From a bacterium (GTDB taxonomy: Bacteria; RBG-13-66-14; B26-G2; WVWN01): a stretch of DNA of 64,000 bases. Positions 53,137 to 62,687 of this stretch are shown here, in pieces. Position numbers and translations under genes: made by a program. The notes below the pieces were generated by a model that made no database searches, had not been told where the DNA came from, and was given only the letters and a program-made list of their open reading frames with translations. The stretch spans positions 12,189 through 76,188 of the forward strand of contig DATKVX010000044.1 in assembly GCA_035529855.1 (NCBI GenBank), written 5' to 3'. Numbering within the stretch: position 1 is the stretch's first letter; each line of letters starts with the position of its first letter.

Positions 53137-54684
53137 TCAACGCGTCTTCTTCAAATAATCGTCCAACCCGGGGATAGGCAGCGTTATCAGGCCGCCGCCG
53201 TTGCCGCGCGCCCGGCACTCCACCTCGCACGCCAGGCACTCGCTACAGCGCCCGCGCGCCGCCTCGTCGGCGCCGATATTCAAGACCGGCCTGCCGTCCT
53301 CCAGCGTAAGGATTCGCGGGACGCATTCCGCCACGCATACTTTGGAATCGCATCCTTCGCATCGCGCGTAATCGTAGGAGACGGTCCCGCCCGTAACCGT
53401 CTTAAAAGAATAAGAAGACTTATGTTGCACCCGGGGCGGCTTCTCGCGGCGAGCGCCGTAGTCGTAGCCGTCCACGAGCTCGCGCAGTCGCGCCGCGCAG
53501 TACCGCGCCGGCGTATCCTTGCCGTAGCACTCCACCGGCGCGGGCAAGTCCTCCGTATATTCGGTCAGTATCCGGATGGCGCGCTCTTCCTGGTTGCCGC
53601 CCAGCCGCTCGACGCAGGGGACGTCGAGCCAAACCTCGCGGAAGGCCTTGACCAGGCCCCGGGCGGAGTGGAATTGTTCCTGGCTCGCGACGCCGGAGCC
53701 GGAGCCGAAGTAACCGACGAGGTTCCTCTGGGCCAGCAATATGCGTGCCGCGCGGTAGACTTTACTCGCCGGCGGGTTGCCGGAGGTGTCGCAAAAGTCG
53801 GCTATCTTAAAACCCTCGGCCAGCGCGGCGTCCATCGACATCATCGAGCCGCCGCCGCCGGCGCCGTGGAACGCGACGTAGCGTTCTTCCCGCTCGAAGC
53901 CCTCCGCGAGCTGGACGAAATAAAACGTGCCGCGGTAGTCGTCCTTCTCGACGTTGTAGGCGATGAGGTCCAGCTCGGTGGGCGGCCGGTCGAACTCGCG
54001 GGCGACCTCCACGCCGAGCTCCGGGTGCCGGTATACGGCGTAGTCGTCCACCGTAACGCGGCAGTCCGCGGCCACGACCTCGCCGGCGTCGGTCACGACC
54101 AGCGGGTTTATCTCCGCCGCCCGGGCCTCGGCGTCGCGGGCGACGCGCCACAGCTTCACCAAGACGTCCGCTACGGCCACGAGCTCGCGGCCCCGCAGGC
54201 CCGCGCGCCGCGCCAACTCCCGCGCGTCGTAACCGTAAAGGCCGCGCGCCGGCTCGACGTACATTCTTACCAGCGCCTCCGGGTGGGCGGCGGCTATCTC
54301 CTCGACGCCGCTGCCGCCGACGGACGAAAATATGAGGAGGGGTTTGCGGGCGTCGTTGTCGACGACGACCGCGGCGTACATCTCCCGGGCGACGTCCAAC
54401 TTCCGCTCGACCAGGACGACGTCGCAGCGCTGGCCCTTGAACTTGCGGCCCAATAAGTCGCGGCCGGCGACGCGTTCCGCGGCCATGGCGTTTTCGGCGA
54501 ACTGGATGCCGCCCACGGCCGCCCGGCCGGTTATGAAGACCTGGGCCTTCAGAACGACCGGCGCGCCGATCTCCCGGGCGATGACCGCGGCCTCGGCGCC
54601 GGAACGAACGGCACGTCCCGGCGGGACATCCACGCCCGCCCGCCGCAGGAGCTCTTTACCCTGGTATTCGTATAAACGGGCCAT
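53137..54684 (-). CDS. ATP-grasp succinyl-CoA-synthetase beta-subunit-like protein fused to a C-terminal 2x[4Fe-4S] ferredoxin domain
   Basis: N-terminus MARLYEYQGKELLRRAGV (SucC-like ATP-grasp). C-terminal CEGCDSKVCVAEC and CSECLACEVEC motifs. 515 aa. Confidence 0.65.
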   Translation of the reverse strand: MARLYEYQGKELLRRAGVDVPPGRAVRSGAEAAVIAREIGAPVVLKAQVFITGRAAVGGIQFAENAMAAERVAGRDLLGRKFKGQRCDVVLVERKLDVAREMYAAVVVDNDARKPLLIFSSVGGSGVEEIAAAHPEALVRMYVEPARGLYGYDARELARRAGLRGRELVAVADVLVKLWRVARDAEARAAEINPLVVTDAGEVVAADCRVTVDDYAVYRHPELGVEVAREFDRPPTELDLIAYNVEKDDYRGTFYFVQLAEGFEREERYVAFHGAGGGGSMMSMDAALAEGFKIADFCDTSGNPPASKVYRAARILLAQRNLVGYFGSGSGVASQEQFHSARGLVKAFREVWLDVPCVERLGGNQEERAIRILTEYTEDLPAPVECYGKDTPARYCAARLRELVDGYDYGARREKPPRVQHKSSYSFKTVTGGTVSYDYARCEGCDSKVCVAECVPRILTLEDGRPVLNIGADEAARGRCSECLACEVECRARGNGGGLITLPIPGLDDYLKKTR

Positions 54685-54897
54685 AGTTACGATTTATCCA
54701 CGTGATAAAATCGACAACGCGGGGCCGCCGCGACGACGCAACGGCGCCAATTATAAGATTATCACGAACGACGCCGCAATAAAAATAAGGGGGAATTGCC
54801 GCGCGGCGGCGCGCCGGCCTAAAGTAATTTCGCAATAAGGCGTAGGTTTTCTTTTGACAGGCATTAATATATAATGTTATATTCGCAACGGTCGGCG

Positions 54898-55170
54898 ATG
54901 CGGCTCGACAAATTCCTTACGGTCGCGCGGTTGGTGAAGCAGCGCGCACGGGCGAAAGAAATGTGCGACGCGGGCCACGTTAAAATCGGCGGCAAGAGCG
55001 CCAAAGCGGGCCGGGACGTCAACGAGGGCGAAACGGTCGAGCTTACGTTCCCGCGCCGGCGCCTGGTCGTACGAGTTGCGACGGTACCGGCGGCGAAATC
55101 CGTTTCTAAAGAAGCGGCTCGTACGCTGTACGACGTCATGGCCGAAGAACGGACCGGCGCATTGGAATGA
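54898..55170 (+). CDS. S4-domain RNA-binding protein (Hsp15/YbcJ-like)
   Basis: MRLDKFL…ARLVKQR…AGHVKIGG motif. Start chosen at MRLDKFL rather than the ATG at 54874. Confidence 0.65.
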   Translation: MRLDKFLTVARLVKQRARAKEMCDAGHVKIGGKSAKAGRDVNEGETVELTFPRRRLVVRVATVPAAKSVSKEAARTLYDVMAEERTGALE

Positions 55171-56201
55171 CCGAGGACGCGAAAAAATTCTTAGCCGAAG
55201 CAACGGCGTTAAAAACCGCGGCCGAGAAAGCGGCGGCCGCCGTTTCCGACCGAAAAGCGCTCGAGCACTGGCGCATAGAATTCCTCGGCCGGAAATCGCC
55301 GCTAAGCCGGCTGAGTAAAAACCTTTCCTCGCTGGCTGAGGGCGACAGACCCGCGGCGGGCCAAGCGCTCAACGAGCTCCGGGCGGGCCTCGAGGCCGAG
55401 TACGAATCGCTTCAAAAACGGCTCGGCCCGCGAAAAGCGGACGCCGGCGAGGCGCGCATCGACTACACGCTGCCCGGCGTAACACCGCCCATCGGCACGC
55501 TTCATCCGTTAACCAAAACCTACTACGAGATAACGGCGTTCTTCGCCTCCCTGGGGTTCTCCATCGCGCACGGCCCGGAGGTGGAGGACGAGTTCCACAA
55601 CTTCGGCGCGCTCAACTTCCCGCCCGACCACCCGAGCCGCGACGCCCAGGACACGTTGTACGTAAACGACGACTGGCTGCTGCGAACCCACACGTCGCCG
55701 GTGCAGATACGGGTAATGCTCGAGCAGCAGCCGCCGCTGCGCGTAATCGTCCCGGGCCGCTGCTTCCGCGCCGACGCGGTGGACGCGTCCCACTACCCCG
55801 TCTTCCACCAGGTGGAGGGCCTATTGGTGGACGAAAACGTATCGCTGGGCGACCTCAAGGGGACGCTGGCCGCCTTCGCCGCGTACATCTTCGGCCCGGA
55901 CACCGGGATGCGTTTCCGGCCGCACTTCTTTCCCTTCACCGAGCCTTCCGCGGAAATCGACGTCTCGTGCGCGGTATGCGAAGGCGAGGGTTGCGGGACC
56001 TGCGGCGGCACGGGTTGGCTCGAAATAGCGGGCGCCGGTATGGTCCACCCCAACGTCTTCCGCAACGTCGGCTACGACCCCGAACAATGGGCGGGTTACG
56101 CGTTCGGCATGGGCGTGGAACGCATCGCTATGCTCAAGTACGGCATCGACGACATCCGGCTCTTCTACGAAAACGATTTCGCGTTCCTGAAACAATTTTA
56201 A
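55167..56201 (+). CDS. pheS: Phenylalanine--tRNA ligase alpha subunit
   Basis: Class II aaRS motifs (FRPHFFPFTEPS, GAGMVHP, GFAFGMGVERIAML). Confidence 0.9.
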   Translation: MTEDAKKFLAEATALKTAAEKAAAAVSDRKALEHWRIEFLGRKSPLSRLSKNLSSLAEGDRPAAGQALNELRAGLEAEYESLQKRLGPRKADAGEARIDYTLPGVTPPIGTLHPLTKTYYEITAFFASLGFSIAHGPEVEDEFHNFGALNFPPDHPSRDAQDTLYVNDDWLLRTHTSPVQIRVMLEQQPPLRVIVPGRCFRADAVDASHYPVFHQVEGLLVDENVSLGDLKGTLAAFAAYIFGPDTGMRFRPHFFPFTEPSAEIDVSCAVCEGEGCGTCGGTGWLEIAGAGMVHPNVFRNVGYDPEQWAGYAFGMGVERIAMLKYGIDDIRLFYENDFAFLKQF

Positions 56202-56205
56202 AACG

Positions 56206-58200
56206 ATGAAGTACAGCCTGAAATGGCTCCGCGACTACTGCCCGGCCAACGTGCCGGCCGACAAGCTTGCCCGGCAGCTCACGATGGCCGGCCTGGAAGT
56301 CGAGTCGCTCGGCCGCGTCGGCGACGACGTCGTCTTCGACGTGGACGTCGTCCCGGTGCGCAGCGACTGCCTCTCGATGGTGGGCCTGGCGCGGGAGATA
56401 TCCTTCCTCACCGGCGCGCCGCTCACGCTACCGCCGGTATTCATTAAAGAAGTAAACATCCCTAAGGACTTCTCCGTCGACGTGGACCTCGTCGACCGGG
56501 ACTTGTGTCCCCGCTACTCCGCCCGCGTCGTAACCGATTTGCGCGTGGGCCCGTCGCCGCCGTGGCTCGCCGAGCGGCTGGAGGCGGTCGGCGTCCGTTC
56601 GCTCAACAACGTCGTAGACATCACCAACTTCGTGAACTTGGAGACGGGGCAGCCGCTGCACGCCTTCGACGTCGCCCATCTCCGGGGACGCAAACTCGTC
56701 ATCCGGCGGGCGGCCGCCGGCGAAAAACTCGTCCTCATCGACGGCCGGGAACTCGCGCTGTCGCCCGAAGACCTCGTAATCGCCGACGCCGAGGGGCCGG
56801 TGGCGCTGGCGGGCGTTATGGGCGGCCTGGACAGCGAGGTATCGTCTTCCACCGAGGCGGTCGTTATAGAGAGCGCGCACTTCGACCCGGTGAACACCCG
56901 CCGCACCGCGCGGCGCTACGGCTTGTCGACCGAGTCGTCGTACCGGTTCGAACGCGGCGCCGACCCCACCGCGACGCTGACGGCGGCGGACCGCGCCGCG
57001 GGGCTCACGGCGGAGTTGGCGGGCGGTACCGTACTCGGGCCGCCGGTCGACGAAGGTCAGACCGAGTGGTCGCGGCCGGCTATCGTCCTCCGGCCCGCCC
57101 GGGCCAACATGCTGCTGGGAACGAGCCTCACCGGCGAGGACATGGCGGTGCTCCTCCGGCGCCTTTACTTCGACGTGGGGTTGGACCGGATGGAGAACCT
57201 CGTTATCTCGGCGCCGTCGTACCGGCGCGACGTGAACGCCGAAATAGACGTAGTCGAAGAAGTGGGTCGGGCCTACGGCTATGACGACGTCGAGGCCACG
57301 CTACCCGGGGGAAGGTTGCCGGCGCCGGCGCGCGTCCCGCGCGAGGAGTTGGAACGCGCCGCGCGCGAAGTCCTGACGGCGGCCGGGTTCGCTGAAGTCT
57401 ACACGCCGAGCTTTACCGACCCCGAAAAGCTCGCGGCGTACGGCCTGGACGCCGCGGCCGCCGTCCGGGTCGCCAACCCGACGGTGAGCCAGTTTTCGCA
57501 CCTGCGTCCCGCGCTCTGGCCCGCGCTGGCGGAAGTCGCCACCCGCAACGGCCGCCTGGGCGCGCCGTCGGTACTCGTCTTCGAGCTGGGTACCGTATTC
57601 GAACCGGGCGAAGAGGGCCGCGTCGTCGAGCGACACCGCCTCGCGGCGTTGGCGGCGGGCGAAGCCGCACCCCGGCACTGGTCGCGGCCGCCCCCCCGCG
57701 CCGATTTCTTCTTCGTCAAGGGCGTGGTGGAAGCCCTGGCGCGCCCCCTCGACGTACCGTTGACCTGGCAAGGCGAGAGCTTCCGGCTCGGCGAAGGCGA
57801 GGGGAAGTACCTTCGCTTGCCGCTGGAGCCGTTCGGCGAGGGCCACGTCGTCGAGATGGACGTCGCGCCGCTGTACGACCACGCCGCGGCGCCGGGCCGC
57901 CGCTACCACCCGGTTTCACGCTTTCCGTCGGTAGTGCGTGACCTGGCGGTAGTAGTCGACGACGGCACGGCCGCAGCGGACGTCGTCGCCGCGCTGCGCG
58001 ACTCGAGCGAGCTGGCACGCGACGTATCGGTATTCGACGTCTTCGCCGGCGAGGGCTTGCCGCCGGGGCGAAAAAGCCTGGGGATACGAATTCGCTATCA
58101 GGCCGACGACCGGACGTTGACCGACGAGGAGGCCAACGCCGCTCGCGAAGACGCGATTAAAATACTAACCGAACGGTTCGACGCAACGCTACGCAGCTAG
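56206..58200 (+). CDS. pheT: Phenylalanine--tRNA ligase beta subunit (short form, 664 aa)
   Basis: B1 N-terminus MKYSLKWLRDYC; B3/B4 and C-terminal FDX-ACB-like domains. The region corresponding to the usual EMAP/tRNA-binding domain appears absent. Confidence 0.85.
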   Translation: MKYSLKWLRDYCPANVPADKLARQLTMAGLEVESLGRVGDDVVFDVDVVPVRSDCLSMVGLAREISFLTGAPLTLPPVFIKEVNIPKDFSVDVDLVDRDLCPRYSARVVTDLRVGPSPPWLAERLEAVGVRSLNNVVDITNFVNLETGQPLHAFDVAHLRGRKLVIRRAAAGEKLVLIDGRELALSPEDLVIADAEGPVALAGVMGGLDSEVSSSTEAVVIESAHFDPVNTRRTARRYGLSTESSYRFERGADPTATLTAADRAAGLTAELAGGTVLGPPVDEGQTEWSRPAIVLRPARANMLLGTSLTGEDMAVLLRRLYFDVGLDRMENLVISAPSYRRDVNAEIDVVEEVGRAYGYDDVEATLPGGRLPAPARVPREELERAAREVLTAAGFAEVYTPSFTDPEKLAAYGLDAAAAVRVANPTVSQFSHLRPALWPALAEVATRNGRLGAPSVLVFELGTVFEPGEEGRVVERHRLAALAAGEAAPRHWSRPPPRADFFFVKGVVEALARPLDVPLTWQGESFRLGEGEGKYLRLPLEPFGEGHVVEMDVAPLYDHAAAPGRRYHPVSRFPSVVRDLAVVVDDGTAAADVVAALRDSSELARDVSVFDVFAGEGLPPGRKSLGIRIRYQADDRTLTDEEANAAREDAIKILTERFDATLRS

Positions 58201-58223
58201 TAGCCCATCGAGGAGCGAGGTTT

Positions 58224-58550
58224 ATGGACAACCTCGAAAGTCTCGAAGAGAAAGTCATGCTCCTGGTACAAACGGTGCGGAAACACCAGGAAGGGAACGC
58301 GCGCTTGCGGGGCGACATCGAACGCAAAGAGGAAGCGTTGGAGGCCGCCGCTCGCGAGAAAGAGGAATTCGCCCGCAAGATAGACGAGTATAAAAAATTC
58401 GCCGTCGAGAACGAACAGCTGCGCACCCAGCAACAGGAAGCCCGCACGCGTATCGAACAGATGTTAAGCAAACTGGAAAAGTTCGAAGAAGAGTTGGAAC
58501 GAGGCGAAAGCGGCCAAGCGGAACTAATGCCCGGAGAAGAAGGCGAATAG
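58224..58550 (+). CDS. ZapB-like coiled-coil protein
   Basis: 108 aa, Glu/Lys/Arg-rich continuous coiled coil directly upstream of zapA. Confidence 0.45.
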   Translation: MDNLESLEEKVMLLVQTVRKHQEGNARLRGDIERKEEALEAAAREKEEFARKIDEYKKFAVENEQLRTQQQEARTRIEQMLSKLEKFEEELERGESGQAELMPGEEGE

Positions 58551-58586
58551 CGCCCTAGCCGCCGGCCGGAACCGACGGGGGTCGAT

Positions 58587-58877
58587 ATGGCGCAAGGCAA
58601 ACAAACGACAAAGGTTACCATCTTCGGCGTCGAATACTCGATTACGAGCGACCGCAATCCCGACGAAGTACGCCGGATCGCGAAGTTCGTGGACGACAAG
58701 ATGTGGGAGATCTCGGAGAACAACAACCTCATCTCGACCGAGAAAGTCGCCATACTCACCGCCCTGAACATCGCCGAAGACTACCTCCGAACCCTCGAGC
58801 AACGAAAGCGCGAAACGGAGCGGGTCGAACGTAAGACGTCGAGCATCATTAAATTAATCGACGAATCGCGTACCTAA
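58587..58877 (+). CDS. zapA: Cell division protein ZapA
   Basis: VTIFGVEYSITSD…FVDDKM…TEKVAILTALNIAED, the typical ZapA fold. Confidence 0.75.
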   Translation: MAQGKQTTKVTIFGVEYSITSDRNPDEVRRIAKFVDDKMWEISENNNLISTEKVAILTALNIAEDYLRTLEQRKRETERVERKTSSIIKLIDESRT

Positions 58878-58899
58878 TGCGGCGCCGCACATAAAGGCT

Positions 58900-59826
58900 T
58901 TGCGTACGTCGGCGCGCTACACGTTGGGCATCGACCTCGGCGGCACTACTACGTCGCTGGCGGTAGTCGATGCCCGAAACTATGTCGTCGAAGAACAGAG
59001 CTTTCCCACTCGGGCCGAGGCCGGGTTCGACGACGTCTTGCGTAGGATGTGCGAGGCCGCGGCGGCGGCTTTAGAGCGATATCCGTGCGTCGCGGTAGGA
59101 GTAGCCGCGGCGGCCCAGGTCGACGCCGAAGCCGGCACGCTGGTCGCCTCGCCTAATTTGCGATTCGCGAACGAACCGTTGGCGGCCCGGCTTCGAGACG
59201 CCTTGGGACTACCGGTTATTTTGGAAAACGACGTCAACGCCGCGGCGTACGGCGAATACCTGGCGGAGGCCGAAGCCCGCGAGCCGCTACTCGCGGTATT
59301 CGTCGGCACCGGTATAGGCGGCGGCCTCGTCGCCGGCGGCGAGGTATTCCGGGGCGCGGACGGCTTCGCCGCGGAAATAGGCCACGTACCGGTCGTGCCG
59401 GCGGGAGGCGAACCGTGCGGATGCGGCCGGCGGGGATGCGTGGAGGCGTACGCCGGCGGCTCGGCCATCGTGCGACGCGCCAATACCCGGCGCCCGCCCG
59501 AAGCCCCGGCCTTCGCCGACGTCGACGGCGTCGCGGCGGCGGCCGCCGCGGGGGACGCCGGAAGCCGGGCGATTTTGGAAGAGGCGGCCGACTATCTGGG
59601 CGTAGCGCTAGCCGCCGCCGTAAACCTCCTGAACCCGGGTACGCTGGTCGTGGGCGGCGGCGTCGCCCGGGCGTGGCCGCCGCTGGTACCGCGAGCACTC
59701 GACAGGATGAAAGAGTCGGCGCTGCCGCCCGCGCTCGCCTCGCTGGCGACGCGCGAAGCGTTGTTCGGTACGTGGGCCGGCGCGATCGGCGCCGCGGCGC
59801 TCGCCCGGAAATCGGTTAAGCCGTAA
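58900..59826 (+). CDS. ROK-family sugar kinase / glucokinase
   Basis: LGIDLGGTTTSLAVVD, and the zinc motif GHVPV…CGCGRRGCVEAYAGG. Confidence 0.8.
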   Translation: MRTSARYTLGIDLGGTTTSLAVVDARNYVVEEQSFPTRAEAGFDDVLRRMCEAAAAALERYPCVAVGVAAAAQVDAEAGTLVASPNLRFANEPLAARLRDALGLPVILENDVNAAAYGEYLAEAEAREPLLAVFVGTGIGGGLVAGGEVFRGADGFAAEIGHVPVVPAGGEPCGCGRRGCVEAYAGGSAIVRRANTRRPPEAPAFADVDGVAAAAAAGDAGSRAILEEAADYLGVALAAAVNLLNPGTLVVGGGVARAWPPLVPRALDRMKESALPPALASLATREALFGTWAGAIGAAALARKSVKP

Positions 59827-59863
59827 AGGGCGGGGCTGGCCGCGGTTGCCTCTCGTCAATATA

Positions 59864-62632
59864 ATGCGTAAATTATTCCTAACAGCGACGGCGCTTTCGC
59901 TAATAACCGCGACGGCAGGGGCGTACACCTACTTCGGCAAGAATAAAGTACAATACTACGGACACGATTGGCAAATCATCAAAGGGGACCACGTCGACCT
60001 CTACTTCTACAGCGCCGAGCGCGAGTTGGCGGAGCGCGCCGTCGGAATGGCGGAGGAGACGTGGGAGTACCTCTCGGTACGCATGGCGTACACCCCGCGC
60101 GAACGCGTCCCGCTAATAATCTACAGCTCCCACAGCGAGTTTCAAGAGACCAACATCCTGCCGTACATCCTGCCCGAAGGGGTAGCCGGCTTCATAGAGC
60201 TGATGAGGCACCGCGTCGTGATACCGTTCGACGGTTCGTATCTCCGCCTCCGGCGGGTCATACGCCACGAGATGGCGCACTTCTTTATGTACCAGAAACT
60301 CCGCGACGTCTACAAAAGGCACAACAGGTACGACTACGGCCAGCCGCCGTTCTGGTACGTCGAGGGGTTAGCGGAATACATGTCGACGGATTGGGATAGC
60401 TTCTCGGAGTCGTTCCTGGCCGACGCCCTCTATAGCGATGCGCTCGTACCGCTCGAGGAATGGCGTAGCATCGCCGGAACGTACCTGGCGTACAGGGAAG
60501 GCGAGGCCGCGCTGCGCTACCTCGCCGAAACGTACGGCGAAGATAAAATCATGAAAATAACCGACGAGGGTTGGCTCGACCGCGATTACGACGAAGTAAT
60601 GGACCTCGTTCTGCCGGTCCCATTCCGCGAGTTCGACGAGGACTGGCAGCGTTGGCTCCGCAAGCGTTACTGGCCGCGCTACGCCGAACGCACCGAGCTA
60701 CGCGCCATGGGCGAGGAGTTGTCCGAAGGCCCGGGGATGAGAAGCGGCATCGCCTGGCTGGACGAACGGCGCCTGGCCTTCCTCTCCGGGGAAGAAGGTC
60801 ACTCAAGCCTGTACGTGATGACGGTCGAAGAGGACGGCCGGAGCGCCGAGGTCCGCAAGCTCGTCGCCGGCGAGGAATCGCCGTCTTACACCGTCGTGCA
60901 CGTTTACCGCGAACGGCTCGGCACCTACGGCGGCCGCTTCATAGCGTTCGCCGCGCGCGCCCACGACCAGGACCGCCTATACATATACGACGTCACGCGC
61001 GGCAAAGTCGTGGAAAACTACGAGTTCGAGGACCTCATCGTCCTGGGCTCGCCGGCCTTCTCCCCCGACGGCGAAGAGATCGTCTTCCGCGGCCTGGCGC
61101 GCCGGGGACAGGCGGACTTGTACGTCGTAACGCGCGCCACGGGCGAGCGGCGCGCGCTGACCGACGACCCGGCCGACGACGCCTACCCCTGTTGGACCGA
61201 GAAGGGAATAATTTTCGCCTCCGAGAGAAGCGTCGCCTCGCGTAAAGACTATTACAACCTTTATCGCCTCGAGCCGACTACGAACGAGGTCGAAAGGCTC
61301 ACCGCCGGCCCGTGGCGAGACCTCTACCCGAGCGCCGACGACGACGGCAACATCTATTTCGTCTCCGACCGCGGCGGCCGGTACGACGTGTACCTTTGGG
61401 AGGGGAGTAACGGAACGAGGTCGTTGTCGAATTCGCTGACGGGGGTGACGGAAGTCGCGCCGCGGCCCGGCGGCGCGCCGGGCGAGGTATCTTTCATCGG
61501 CCTCGCCGACCAGAGCTACAACATTTACCTGGGGACCCTCGAGCCGCAAGGCCCGGGCGAAGGGGAAGTAGCGGAACCCGCCGCGCCCGAACCCCCCATA
61601 GCGCTGCCGGTAAATAGCTTCCCCGTCCGAGGTTATAGAACCACGTTCGCCCTCGATTACTTCGCGGGCGCCGTAGCGTACGGGCCCGAATTCGGAACCG
61701 AGACCGGCATCGTGATATCGTTCACCGACGTCCTGAACGACAAGAACATCCTGGTCCAATTCGGCAACGACGCCAACACCGCGGACGAGTTTCTGGAGCG
61801 CACCAGCGTGGGCGTCGACTACTACGACCTCAGCCGTCGCGTGGGCTACGGCGTAGGCGCCTTCCGCTACGTCCAAGACCGATTCGACTATTTACACGGT
61901 ACGGCGGGCCGCTATTATACCGAGACGCGCGCCGGCGGCGGCGCTACGCTCGTATACCCGCTGGACCGGTTCCACCGCGTCGGCGGCAGCCTGTACCTCT
62001 ACGAGTTGGAGCGGACGTGGGAGATATCCGCGCCGCCCGAGGTGGGCACCAAGGTCTCGCCGTACCTCTCGGGGGCGCGGGATACCTCGCTCTGGTATGG
62101 CGACGGTCCCGTCGACGGCCAACGGCTCCACCTAACGGTAGGCTTGACGGAAGACATCAGGCGGCGCCGCCGCGACTACTTATACCTGTTGGGAGACCTG
62201 CGCCATTACTTACGCACGACGCGCACGCAGGCCTTCGCGTTCCGCGGCATCTTCGTGGGGACGTTCGGGCCGGACGCGAGGCCGGTGTACGGCGGCGGCA
62301 GCCTCTCCATGCGGGGGTACAAATGGTTTGACTTCCGCGGCCACCGCTTCGCGATGTTCAACGCCGAATACCGCTTCCCCATACTGGAACCCTTCGGCCT
62401 CCACACCGCCATCGGAACGGCGCCCATGCCGCCGGTGCGGGGGGCGCTATTCTTCGACGTCGGTGAGGCGTGGGACGAAAAATTGGGACGCGTACGGGGC
62501 GGCTTCGGCCTGGGGCTGCGGGTTATCCTGTGGGGATTCCTGGCGCTGCGGACGGACCATACCGTACTTACCGACTTTGAATCGCTGGGCCCGTTCGTGC
62601 CCATAAGATTCTTCATCGGTTGGAGTTACTGA
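59864..62632 (+). CDS. Large outer-membrane protein: N-terminal HExxH-containing domain, TolB-like PD40 beta-propeller, and a C-terminal Omp85/surface-antigen-like beta-barrel
   Basis: Signal peptide. VIRHEMAHFF motif. Repeated PD40-like motifs (PAFSPDGEEIVF, YPCWTEKGIIF, YFVSDRGG). Aromatic-rich C-terminal barrel. Confidence 0.55.
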   Translation: MRKLFLTATALSLITATAGAYTYFGKNKVQYYGHDWQIIKGDHVDLYFYSAERELAERAVGMAEETWEYLSVRMAYTPRERVPLIIYSSHSEFQETNILPYILPEGVAGFIELMRHRVVIPFDGSYLRLRRVIRHEMAHFFMYQKLRDVYKRHNRYDYGQPPFWYVEGLAEYMSTDWDSFSESFLADALYSDALVPLEEWRSIAGTYLAYREGEAALRYLAETYGEDKIMKITDEGWLDRDYDEVMDLVLPVPFREFDEDWQRWLRKRYWPRYAERTELRAMGEELSEGPGMRSGIAWLDERRLAFLSGEEGHSSLYVMTVEEDGRSAEVRKLVAGEESPSYTVVHVYRERLGTYGGRFIAFAARAHDQDRLYIYDVTRGKVVENYEFEDLIVLGSPAFSPDGEEIVFRGLARRGQADLYVVTRATGERRALTDDPADDAYPCWTEKGIIFASERSVASRKDYYNLYRLEPTTNEVERLTAGPWRDLYPSADDDGNIYFVSDRGGRYDVYLWEGSNGTRSLSNSLTGVTEVAPRPGGAPGEVSFIGLADQSYNIYLGTLEPQGPGEGEVAEPAAPEPPIALPVNSFPVRGYRTTFALDYFAGAVAYGPEFGTETGIVISFTDVLNDKNILVQFGNDANTADEFLERTSVGVDYYDLSRRVGYGVGAFRYVQDRFDYLHGTAGRYYTETRAGGGATLVYPLDRFHRVGGSLYLYELERTWEISAPPEVGTKVSPYLSGARDTSLWYGDGPVDGQRLHLTVGLTEDIRRRRRDYLYLLGDLRHYLRTTRTQAFAFRGIFVGTFGPDARPVYGGGSLSMRGYKWFDFRGHRFAMFNAEYRFPILEPFGLHTAIGTAPMPPVRGALFFDVGEAWDEKLGRVRGGFGLGLRVILWGFLALRTDHTVLTDFESLGPFVPIRFFIGWSY

Positions 62633-62687
62633 CGCTTGACGCGGTCGCGGCCATCGGTTATAATTAATCCACACAAAGGAGTGGAAG

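Noticed and set aside
54854-54875. TTGACA … TATAAT pair upstream of the S4-domain gene
   Set aside because: The spacer is only 10 nt, too short for a functional sigma70 promoter. The TATAAT overlaps the alternative ATG at 54874.
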